Below are positions 51,277 to 59,043 of a stretch of DNA of 64,000 nt, piece after piece. The stretch covers positions 96,075 to 160,074 of the forward strand of contig CAYYLC010000003.1 of NCBI GenBank assembly GCA_964472415.1, written 5' to 3'. The translations under genes were made by a program, and so were the position numbers. Under the pieces are notes generated by a model. That model was not told the origin of the DNA. It did not search any database and saw nothing but the letters and a program-made list of their open reading frames with translations. The DNA is from an uncultured Gammaproteobacteria bacterium (GTDB taxonomy: Bacteria; Patescibacteriota; Microgenomatia; Levybacterales; GWA1-39-11). The first letter of the stretch is position 1. Each line of letters begins with the position of its first letter.

Positions 51277-52032
51277 ATGTCTCAATACTACAATCCAAAT
51301 CGAAAAAGAAACCTGTACGATCCTCACTCACCTGAGTTATTCCGCTTGAGTCGAGGAAAGATTGATAACTTCATCAATTGTCCACGGTGTTTTTATTTGG
51401 ACAGGCGTCTTGGTGTTGGACAGCCGCCAGGTTATCCATTTTCGCTCAATTCTGCAGTTGATAAGCTCTTGAAGAAAGAATTTGATGTTCATAGAGTAAA
51501 TGGCTCAAAACATCCACTGTGCGATAAATATGGTGTTGATGCAGTTCCGCTATCACACGATAAGATTGATGAATGGCGTGACTCTTTAAGAGGTGGAATT
51601 ACAGTTCACATTGACAGCACGAATGTTGTCATTACTGGTGGCGTGGATGATATTTGGATTTCACCAGAAGGTGAATACATTATTGTTGACTACAAGGCCA
51701 CATCTAAAGATGGTGAAGTATCACTGGATGCTGACTGGCAAATTGGATATAAGCGGCAAATGGAAATATATCAATGGCTTTTTAGGAAAAATGGCTTCAA
51801 AGTGGCTGATACTGGATATTTTGTCTACTGTAATGGAAATACTGACAAAGAAGCATTTGATGGAATGCTTGAATTTGAGATCAAACTCATTCCATACACT
51901 GGTAACACAGATTGGGTAGAAAAGACGATCCTGGACGCAATCAGGTGCCTCCAGAGCGATGTTTTACCTGAGCCTGGACAGGATTGTGACTTTTGTAAAT
52001 ACAGACAAGCTGTGAAGGAATTTGAAGATTAA
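51277..52032 (+). CDS. Cas4/RecB-like PD-(D/E)xK nuclease with four Cys (CxxC at each end)
   Basis: NCPRCFYLD (N-terminal CxxC), GGVDDIW...EGEYIIVDYKAT (D...E...DxK), KRQMEIYQWL (QxxxY motif of the RecB nuclease family), C-terminal CDFCKY. Start 3 bp after the OLD-like gene stop. Confidence 0.65.
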   Translation: MSQYYNPNRKRNLYDPHSPELFRLSRGKIDNFINCPRCFYLDRRLGVGQPPGYPFSLNSAVDKLLKKEFDVHRVNGSKHPLCDKYGVDAVPLSHDKIDEWRDSLRGGITVHIDSTNVVITGGVDDIWISPEGEYIIVDYKATSKDGEVSLDADWQIGYKRQMEIYQWLFRKNGFKVADTGYFVYCNGNTDKEAFDGMLEFEIKLIPYTGNTDWVEKTILDAIRCLQSDVLPEPGQDCDFCKYRQAVKEFED

Positions 52033-52139
52033 ATAGGGCTGGGTCGTGGTGAAAACACCACCTCGGCTTGTTCCGCTGACACCTTAAATCAATTTGCTAC
52101 ATCACGCCTCGCTGGTGTTTTTACCACATTTCTTAATAG

Positions 52140-52166
52140 TTTTAATCATAATGATGGAATTCATCC
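52140..52166 (+). repeat. island motif copy ttttaatcataatgatggaattcatcc
   Basis: Lies between the Cas4-like gene and the small membrane peptide gene. Confidence 0.5.
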
Positions 52167-52207
52167 TGTCATTTGAGATACTATTGAATAAGTAAGGAGG
52201 TGAAAGT

Positions 52208-52396
52208 ATGAATTTTAAGAAATTTGACATGATAGATATTGGATTCACTAAGCTTTCGGTTATGTGTTTCACTTTATTTGCTGTTTCTGCATTTCCAGGA
52301 CTCGCTGAATGGATCACAAACACATCTTGGATGCTATTTCTAGTCGTGAGCCTAGTATTTGCCATCAAACCAGTTATGAAGGTATTCAAGAAGTAG
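52208..52396 (+). CDS. small membrane peptide (62 aa)
   Basis: Strong RBS taaggaggtgaaagt-ATG; two hydrophobic helices; immediately upstream of the CPBP protease gene. Confidence 0.5.
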   Translation: MNFKKFDMIDIGFTKLSVMCFTLFAVSAFPGLAEWITNTSWMLFLVVSLVFAIKPVMKVFKK

Positions 52397-52420
52397 TTTT
52401 AATCAGAAATGATGAAATTG
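52397..52420 (+). repeat. island motif copy ttttaatcagaaatgatgaaattg
   Basis: 33 bp upstream of the CPBP protease start. Confidence 0.5.
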
Positions 52421-52452
52421 AACTGGTTTTGATATACTTTCATTATTAACAA

Positions 52453-53334
52453 ATGAAATTATCTAAGTATCAGCTACCTATTTTCTTCTTCCTTGCTTTT
52501 GCCATCACTTGGACTGCGCAAATCACAGCATATTTATATGCATTTCCAAACGACATAAATCTTACCAATGAATCCAATTTCCTAAATTTTGTGAATATTG
52601 GCGGTTTGCCGCCTGGCTTTCTTCCATACTTGCTTCTTTTCTCCTTCTCTTTCGGGCCAACGGTTGCTGGAATCATTGTTACTTACTGGTTTTATGGCAA
52701 TAAAGGCATGCGAGGAATACTTGATCAACTATTCGCGATTAGATTGCCTGGTAAATGGTATTTATTGGCAATAACAATTCCAGTTGGACTTGTACTTGCA
52801 AGCCTTTTGCTAGGCTTTGTCTTAAGTGGCTTTCAGTCAATTCAGTATGAGTTTCTTGTTCCATTGTCTCTATTTATTCCATTCTTCCTGTATATGACTA
52901 TATTTACAGGACTTGCGGAGGAAGTTGGTTGGCGAGGATATGCGCTTCCACAGCTTCAAAAAAAATATACTGCTGAGAAAGCAAGCTGGATATTAGGTAT
53001 TGCATGGGGACTTTGGCATTTACCTGTAAATCTGATGGTGCCATTTCTGTCAGGCAATTTACAAATACCATATATTGTGATGATCCTACTCGCGTTAACT
53101 CTTGGTATTGCAGGTTGGACAATTGTCCTTACATGGTTTTATAACAACACAAAGAGTCTCTTTCTCATCATATTCATTCATGGATTTATGAATACACTTC
53201 AGTCATATCTCATATTGTCCTCTAACAATCAGATTGCACCTATGCTTTATGGCATACTGCCATGGATAGTAGCAACATATCTTTTGAAAAAGTACGGAGG
53301 TAAGACACTATTGGTTCCTTCGAATAAACAGTGA
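52453..53334 (+). CDS. CPBP-family intramembrane glutamic protease (CAAX protease / Abi domain)
   Basis: Multi-TM protein with EEVGWRGY (EExxxR), FxxxH (LWHL) and HGFMN motifs. Confidence 0.75.
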   Translation: MKLSKYQLPIFFFLAFAITWTAQITAYLYAFPNDINLTNESNFLNFVNIGGLPPGFLPYLLLFSFSFGPTVAGIIVTYWFYGNKGMRGILDQLFAIRLPGKWYLLAITIPVGLVLASLLLGFVLSGFQSIQYEFLVPLSLFIPFFLYMTIFTGLAEEVGWRGYALPQLQKKYTAEKASWILGIAWGLWHLPVNLMVPFLSGNLQIPYIVMILLALTLGIAGWTIVLTWFYNNTKSLFLIIFIHGFMNTLQSYLILSSNNQIAPMLYGILPWIVATYLLKKYGGKTLLVPSNKQ

Positions 53335-53346
53335 AATTCAATAACT

Positions 53347-53802
53347 ATGAATATAAAAAGCCTTTGGAGTAAAATAAACAGTCGATTACAGAAACAGTGG
53401 ATTGCGTGCAGACTGGTATCAGATAGGAAAAGTGTTCAATATGGCATTCGCTTTAGCTATCCGCTCTTCATAGCAATTGTATTAATAAGTATATTTCTGG
53501 AAAATCCTTTTATATTACTATTTGCTGCTCTGATTGCTTTTTTTGGCATGAAATTACCATTACATCCTTTTGACTATGTTTATAGCTATGGAATTGCGAA
53601 GCTAATAGGAGTTAATAAAATACCTGGTAGAGGATCAGAGTTGCAGGTTAACAGTATTGTGGCGCTTATATTTACCTTGTTTGTAAGTGTTTTGATACTT
53701 TTTAGAGTTCCAATCAATTATTCTATGCTTGCTATTATTTATCTTGTGAGCAATATCTTCATACTTGGAATGTTCTTGATAAAGAAGGATTCAAGGAAGT
53801 AA
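53347..53802 (+). CDS. hypothetical polytopic membrane protein (151 aa)
   Basis: Four hydrophobic segments; follows the CPBP gene by 12 bp. Confidence 0.4.
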   Translation: MNIKSLWSKINSRLQKQWIACRLVSDRKSVQYGIRFSYPLFIAIVLISIFLENPFILLFAALIAFFGMKLPLHPFDYVYSYGIAKLIGVNKIPGRGSELQVNSIVALIFTLFVSVLILFRVPINYSMLAIIYLVSNIFILGMFLIKKDSRK

Positions 53803-53816
53803 TAAACCAAGTCGCT

Positions 53817-53912
53817 TTTAATCAGCAGTGATGGAATTCATCAAAAACTAGGCTGAAAAGCAGGTTGGAATGGTTGTTTTGTATTGATAAAATAGGTTCT
53901 AACAGCGTCTAC
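53817..53912 (+). repeat. ~95-bp direct repeat, left copy (ttttaatcagcagtgatggaattcatc ... aatggttgttttgtattgataaaataggttctaacagcgtct)
   Basis: Contains the island motif plus a second conserved block; a similar copy lies at 56008-56092 on the other side of the surface-protein gene. Confidence 0.6.
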
Positions 53913-53974
53913 TAGACACAGCTGAGTAAGCTTTCAAGCCTTGGTTACATTTGGCTAATCTAAAGAGGCATACT

Positions 53975-55924
53975 TTAACATCCTACCCTTAGTACTTGCC
54001 CTATGTTAAGAAGCGTAGAGCTTAGGTTATTTTTCTGCATTAAATCTGAGTATTTGGTACCTGATTCTAGGTTTTGGGAGGCGATAGTCCACAGATTGTC
54101 TCCTGGCTGCACCACATAATCCTGACATTCTTTTACAGACACTGTCGTTGCTTCCAGATCACCATTTCCACTGCCTGCATTAGTTACTCGTCTAGGAAAT
54201 ACAGACAAAATTCTCGATACAAAGTTTTTGTAATACGATGTTGCTTTTGATGACGAGTTACTCGTTGTTGCTGTCATTGTATTTCCCCACTCTCCAGGCA
54301 TGCAGCCGTTGCCACCTCTGACTACGAATGAATACTTAGAATTAGGAGATAAGGCATTAACAGTATACGAAAGCACTCCATTTGATACTCCTGTTTCAAA
54401 CTCTACTCCATACATATTAGTACTTTCTCCATTCCCATAAGCGATGAAGTACTTATGTGCATCTGATATAGGTGCAAAGTAAAGAGTGGCTTGTGTATTA
54501 TTCGTATCTATTTGGAAAAGATTAGGTGTGTTCAGTGGCCTAGTATCTGCGCACGTTGGAGCTGATGGTGAGGAAATGTCAGGTGACGAATTAGTGTTGT
54601 TTGATTGTAGTATAGGTTTGGGTGTAGGTGTACTGGTAGGTTCAGGTGTGGGAGTATTTGTCGGAGTTAGCGTTGGAGATGGAGTACCGGTTGGCGTTGG
54701 CGTCGGAGAATTTGTCGGTGTTGGGGTAGGTGTATTGGTTGGAGTTGGTGTGGGAGTAGTCTCAGGAGCGTCCTCTTCCAATGCAAATTTCAGATTGTTG
54801 TTGGTATTATCATAGTAGCTGATTCTGGCAAACCCGTCACTGCCCACCGCCAGAGAAGCGGGCAACCCTACATCTCCGTCTGCATCAACAATGCTGGTTT
54901 CTTTCTGTGTACAGTCATCATTAGCACATCTAATAAACTTGAGATCAGAGTTAGTATGATCTCGATAAGCTATCCTTGCATAGCCATCATCTCCTACTGC
55001 AATGGACGTATGTAGCCCTACAAATCCGTCTGAATCAAGGGTTGCAATATTACTTTCTGAACAATCAGCATTGGTGCATTGTGCAAATTTGAGATCGCCA
55101 TTTGTCCCATCATAGTAGCTGATTTTAGCAAAACCGTCACTGCCCATGGCAAGGGAAAGATGCGATCCTACGCCTCCTGAGTCAACAGTGGAGACATTTT
55201 TATTTGAACAATCGGCATTGGTGCATTGTAAAAATTTGAAATCATCAGTTATCTCATCGTAGTAGCTGATTCTGGCAAAACCGTCACTGTTCAAGGCAAG
55301 GGAGGAATAATATGGGTACGCACCTGAGTCAAGGGTTGCAACGTTACTTTCTGAACAATCGGCATTGGTGCACTGAGCAAACATCAATAGAGTATTCATG
55401 AATTCAAAATACAGAATCCGCGCAAAGCCGTCACTGCCCATGGCAATGGAAGGGTACCACTCCGTATTACGTTCAGGATCTATGGCGGTGACAGACTTTG
55501 ATGAACAATCGGCATTAGTACACGCGATTAAATACATCTCTTCAAATATAGATTTAGAATAGACGATCCGAGCAAATCCATCGTTACCCATGGCGAGGGA
55601 GTTATTTTGGACCTGTAATAACCCGCCCGTGTCAAACCACGATAATCCTGTGGCAACCGTGGTGATATTTTTTTCTGAACAATCGGCATTGGTGCACTGA
55701 ACAAATTTCAGCTCAGCAGTAACAAAGTCAGTATAGACGATCCGAGCAAATCCATCGTTACCCATGGCGAGGGAAATATCTTCTCCTATATCGCTAACCG
55801 AGTCAACAGCTTCAATTTTCCAGGCACTGGCGGCATTGACCGGCTGCGTAGGTAGAAACGAAGTACTCAAAAGTGAGATGAGAAAGAATGCTATGGTGAA
55901 AATGCTGAATAATTTTTTTTGCAT
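53975..55924 (-). CDS. secreted surface protein: signal peptide, seven ~47-aa CTNADCS repeats, Pro/Thr-rich linker, beta-rich domain, C-terminal LysM
   Basis: MQKKLFSIFTIAFFLISLLS signal. Seven repeats of consensus LAMGxDGFARIxYxDxxxxDLKFxQCTNADCSxxNxxTxDSxG. The 54590-54780 DNA is a PT-repeat (TPTPTPTNTPTPTPTNSPTPTPTG...). C-terminal YVVQPGDNLWTIASQ...LNIGQVLRV is LysM. Confidence 0.7.
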   Translation of the reverse strand: MQKKLFSIFTIAFFLISLLSTSFLPTQPVNAASAWKIEAVDSVSDIGEDISLAMGNDGFARIVYTDFVTAELKFVQCTNADCSEKNITTVATGLSWFDTGGLLQVQNNSLAMGNDGFARIVYSKSIFEEMYLIACTNADCSSKSVTAIDPERNTEWYPSIAMGSDGFARILYFEFMNTLLMFAQCTNADCSESNVATLDSGAYPYYSSLALNSDGFARISYYDEITDDFKFLQCTNADCSNKNVSTVDSGGVGSHLSLAMGSDGFAKISYYDGTNGDLKFAQCTNADCSESNIATLDSDGFVGLHTSIAVGDDGYARIAYRDHTNSDLKFIRCANDDCTQKETSIVDADGDVGLPASLAVGSDGFARISYYDNTNNNLKFALEEDAPETTPTPTPTNTPTPTPTNSPTPTPTGTPSPTLTPTNTPTPEPTSTPTPKPILQSNNTNSSPDISSPSAPTCADTRPLNTPNLFQIDTNNTQATLYFAPISDAHKYFIAYGNGESTNMYGVEFETGVSNGVLSYTVNALSPNSKYSFVVRGGNGCMPGEWGNTMTATTSNSSSKATSYYKNFVSRILSVFPRRVTNAGSGNGDLEATTVSVKECQDYVVQPGDNLWTIASQNLESGTKYSDLMQKNNLSSTLLNIGQVLRVGC

Positions 55925-56007
55925 AGCATAAAGGATGACTCATATTAAGTCTAACGATTATCACGTTTTTGAGTCAACCTTTTCAGGCAAATAAGCTAAT
56001 AAAAGGG

Positions 56008-56092
56008 ACATCATCAGGAACGATGGAAACCAAAAGAATACTCACAAAAATGGTTGTTTCATATTGATAAAATAGGTTCTAACACTGTCTGC
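56008..56092 (+). repeat. ~90-bp direct repeat, right copy (catcaggaacgatggaaacc ... aatggttgtttcatattgataaaataggttctaacactgtct)
   Basis: About 75-80 percent identical to 53817-53912; the block ATTGATAAAATAGGTTCTAACA is identical in both. Confidence 0.6.
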
Positions 56093-56276
56093 CAAGCACA
56101 ACAAAGCCCATCAACACCGCTGCTGTTTGTAATTTACGATACTGAAAAACTTCTGGAAATAGAATAGAATCATTCCATGACTACTTTTTCCTATTTATTA
56201 TAGGTAGCTTATTGTTACTCGTGTTTTTAATCTATCTATCATATTTCTAAATAGATAAATTAAGGAGGTGATACAT

Positions 56277-56660
56277 ATGACAGGATACACAATTAATATA
56301 AAAGAAAAAACCTTACAGAACGAAAATTTTCGTGAAGTTTTGCATACCTCACGATATAGTCAGTTGGTAGTAATGAGCCTTTTGCCAAATGAAGAGATTG
56401 GTATGGAGGTGCATGACGTTGTTGATCAATTTATACGCATTGAACAAGGAGAAGCAAAGGCAATTTTAAATGGAGAAGAATTTGTGTTCTCAGACGGCAT
56501 GGCAATAGTTGTTCCAGCAGGAGCTGAGCATAATATCATTAATACATCTTCTGAGAATAAGCTCAAGCTTTATACTATTTATAGTCCGGCTGATCATAGA
56601 GATAAAACTATACACAAGACAAAGCAGGATGCACTAAGTGACGAACACGATCATGTATAA
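56277..56660 (+). CDS. cupin-domain protein
   Basis: AAGGAGG 8 nt upstream of the ATG at 56277 (the ORF track begins at a GTG at 56268). Cupin motifs G(X)5HxH-like (EIGMEVHDVVDQF) and PAGAEHNIIN. Confidence 0.7.
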   Translation: MTGYTINIKEKTLQNENFREVLHTSRYSQLVVMSLLPNEEIGMEVHDVVDQFIRIEQGEAKAILNGEEFVFSDGMAIVVPAGAEHNIINTSSENKLKLYTIYSPADHRDKTIHKTKQDALSDEHDHV

Positions 56661-56716
56661 AAGCTAACTTTTGAGAGTATTGTTAAGATTGAGTCGGGTT
56701 TCTGTTGCTGTTTTTT

Positions 56717-57028
56717 CTACTGGATATCTTTTCGCTTGCTGAGTACATGTCGGACTGAAGGGCTAATCTTTTTGTCAGTTCGATGAATACAGCCGATCCA
56801 ACAACAAGGCCTCCGTTTTCCTTCCTTTAGCTCTCTAATTGTTCTTTTAACGTGCTCATCGCGTGTTTCTTGCTTTTTTACAAAAGTAACCCAGCATATC
56901 CACTCATTACGCGCGAGTGGCGTAAGACTTTCCCATGCAGTGAGTGCTTTTATATCAGACCTTAGCGCTTTCTGTAGATCTGAAGGTGCTTTGTGTGCAA
57001 CGCCGTTTGAGATGTCTGTATTATTCAT
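56717..57028 (-). CDS. YdeI/OmdA-family protein (bacteriocin-protection-associated domain)
   Basis: LKALTAWESLTPLARNEWICWVTFVKKQETRDEHVKRTIRELKEGK resembles the OmdA/YdeI domain. Confidence 0.5.
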   Translation of the reverse strand: MNNTDISNGVAHKAPSDLQKALRSDIKALTAWESLTPLARNEWICWVTFVKKQETRDEHVKRTIRELKEGKRRPCCWIGCIHRTDKKISPSVRHVLSKRKDIQ

Positions 57029-57165
57029 AAAATTGTTTTAAGCTATATCACGCTTTTTTTATAATACCGTTGAGTAGATTTCAGCGTACAGATTCGATGT
57101 TTTTCCGGAAATCTTGTTTCATGACAGTTTTTATTTTACCATAGGATAGCGAGAGGTTTTTATAT

Positions 57166-57516
57166 ATGATACTTTTGAAACGAATTTACGAGAAGGCAGA
57201 GAAAAACGATGGATATAGAATACTTGTTGATAGATTGTGGCCCCGCGGAGTTTCTCGAGAGAACGCAAAAATTGACTTGTGGTTAAAGGAAGTTGCGCCT
57301 AGTGATAGTTTGCGCAAATGGTTCAATCATGATGTAGATAAATGGAGTGAATTTAAAAAGAAATACAGGGAAGAACTTAAGAAAAACAATAGTTTTTTTG
57401 AAGAATTGCAAGCCTACCAAAAGAAGCACAAAGTCATTACATTGCTCTATGGTGCAAAAGATACTTCACATAATCAAGCAATAATCCTTCAGGAATTATT
57501 GGAAAAAGAATCATAG
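57166..57516 (+). CDS. DUF488-family protein
   Basis: ILVDRLWPRGVSRE...LWLKEVAPS..LRKWFNHD..KWSEFKKKY matches DUF488 signatures. Confidence 0.6.
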   Translation: MILLKRIYEKAEKNDGYRILVDRLWPRGVSRENAKIDLWLKEVAPSDSLRKWFNHDVDKWSEFKKKYREELKKNNSFFEELQAYQKKHKVITLLYGAKDTSHNQAIILQELLEKES

Positions 57517-57661
57517 TTTCGTAAAAATATGGGGATTTATCGTTCAGCTATTAACGCATTATTTTCTTGATAACCTTAAAAAGGCATATCGCACACATTT
57601 TTTTGTGTTAGGTGCTTTTTAGTCATTTGATAGTTTAGGTAAATATCCCTTATACTTTTGT

Positions 57662-58729
57662 GTGATGCCTGATTCTCATTTATTGTTGAAATCTATAAAG
57701 GACGCATTTCTCATAGATTTGTCTGCTTCTGCAAAAGGAGAAAAAACCTCTCTTGTATTTGAAAAAACTATTTTTCCTGATTCTCAAACTAGAAAAGAAG
57801 AAGCTATTCAGGTGATGGTAATTGGTGGGACAAACTTCTCTGAAGCATTAGTAGAAAAGGCTGAGGATATGAGAGTACGAGAGTTTAGTGAGCAGAAAGA
57901 ATTTCAGATGTTTAGAAGTGCAGATGATATATTTTCTTTAATTCTAGAAAACCTTCGACCAGATATTTCTCACCTTGCAATAAATTTTGCCTATCCTATG
58001 AAAAACGTTATGCGGAAAGGTAGAATTGATGGGATTCTTACAAAAGAAGTGAAGGGGCATGCGTTTAAAGATGCTTTGGGAAAACCTCTAGGTGCACAGA
58101 TAGAAAATTTTATTTTTCAAAAAACGCAGCGAGTCATAAAGATTGCGGTAGCAAATGACGCATTGTGCCTTCTTCTTTCTGGTCTGTCTTCTGCACCTCG
58201 TGATCAATTAGTAGGAGTAGTTGTGGGTACTGGTTATAATATGGGATTTTTTCTTGATAAGGACACAATGGTGAATTTAGAAGCAGGACGATTTGATCAG
58301 TTTCCTGCAAGTGAGTCGGGAAAAATGATAATGCGTGATATCCATTCTAGTGTATTAAGAAAGTTTGAGATGGAAGTTTCCGGTGCATATCTATATCGTC
58401 ATTTTAATTATTTAGTACTCAATAATGCGGTTGCTCATAAAAAAATTAGTTCTACTTATGAGCTTTTCCAAATAGCATTTGGAGAGAGAGATGCAGTTCA
58501 GGAAATCGCCTACACACTGATAAAGCGTTCTGCTGGATTTGTAGCAGCTCAAATTTCTGGAATGGCAGAGTTTAAGAATTCTGACATAGCAGTAATATTT
58601 GAAGGGAGTCTTCTTACGCAGCAATATGTAAATATGATGAGTGAGGTTATCCCTGAATTAACAAAATTCACAGTTCATTTTTACAAAATAAAAGATAGTT
58701 CAATTGTTGGCGGTGCCAATCTTCTCTAG
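57662..58729 (+). CDS. hexokinase-family sugar kinase (eukaryotic-type hexokinase fold)
   Basis: MVIGGTNFSEALV (as in hexokinase LAxDLGGTNFRV) and VVGTGYNMGFF (as in GTGTNACY). Confidence 0.5.
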   Translation: MMPDSHLLLKSIKDAFLIDLSASAKGEKTSLVFEKTIFPDSQTRKEEAIQVMVIGGTNFSEALVEKAEDMRVREFSEQKEFQMFRSADDIFSLILENLRPDISHLAINFAYPMKNVMRKGRIDGILTKEVKGHAFKDALGKPLGAQIENFIFQKTQRVIKIAVANDALCLLLSGLSSAPRDQLVGVVVGTGYNMGFFLDKDTMVNLEAGRFDQFPASESGKMIMRDIHSSVLRKFEMEVSGAYLYRHFNYLVLNNAVAHKKISSTYELFQIAFGERDAVQEIAYTLIKRSAGFVAAQISGMAEFKNSDIAVIFEGSLLTQQYVNMMSEVIPELTKFTVHFYKIKDSSIVGGANLL

Positions 58730-58743
58730 GGAGATTTGGAGAC

Positions 58744-58911
58744 TTACGCTGCATCCCGCTCGCCTTCTGCTGGAGGTGCACTCATCATATCTTGCTCATC
58801 TTCTGTAGCGCCGACTTCTTCTGCACTACTCTCTGGATGTGCTCTCTTGTGATGTGTTGCGTGTTCTTCTTCGGTTGAAAATTCTGCTCCGCAATTCGGA
58901 CATTTAACCAT
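58744..58911 (-). CDS. small zinc-ribbon protein (55 aa), not in the ORF track
   Basis: Reverse complement: ggagggagg RBS, then ATG ... MVKCPNCGAEFSTEEEHATHHKRAHPESSAEEVGATEDEQDMMSAPPAEGERDAA*; CPNC...H...H zinc-finger-like N-terminus and acidic tail. Confidence 0.45.
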   Translation of the reverse strand: MVKCPNCGAEFSTEEEHATHHKRAHPESSAEEVGATEDEQDMMSAPPAEGERDAA

Positions 58912-59043
58912 ATTGTTTATATACCTCCCTCCTTTCTTAAAAGATTCTCTTTATTCTAAATATGCAGGATGAAAATTTCATAAACATACGGGGATAGTTT
59001 TGTAAGAGCGTTTTTTTAATATGTATTTCCATGGTATAAAGGA

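Larger units (their letters stand above)
42656..56100. mobile_element. putative integrated element (ICE or prophage-like island) inserted at tRNA-Gln, carrying a serine recombinase, HTH/Xis genes, a defence operon, a CPBP cassette and a repeat-flanked surface-protein gene
   Basis: The large serine recombinase gene abuts and overlaps the tRNA-Gln 3' end. The block has a distinct AT-rich composition, a six-copy island-specific motif and several defence genes. The right boundary is not defined by an obvious att repeat (approximate). Confidence 0.5.

Noticed and set aside
45134-52166. Reading the MME(F/L/C)... openings of the island motif copies as real small genes
   Set aside because: Most run only 7-18 codons before a stop and lack an RBS. 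The sequence conservation is at the DNA level, so this is a repeated DNA motif rather than a peptide family, except where it supplies the start of the 46223 ORF.
54486-54815. Plus-strand 109-aa Gly/Val-rich ORF
   Set aside because: It is the antisense reading of the Pro/Thr-repeat DNA inside the surface-protein gene, open only because of the repeat structure.
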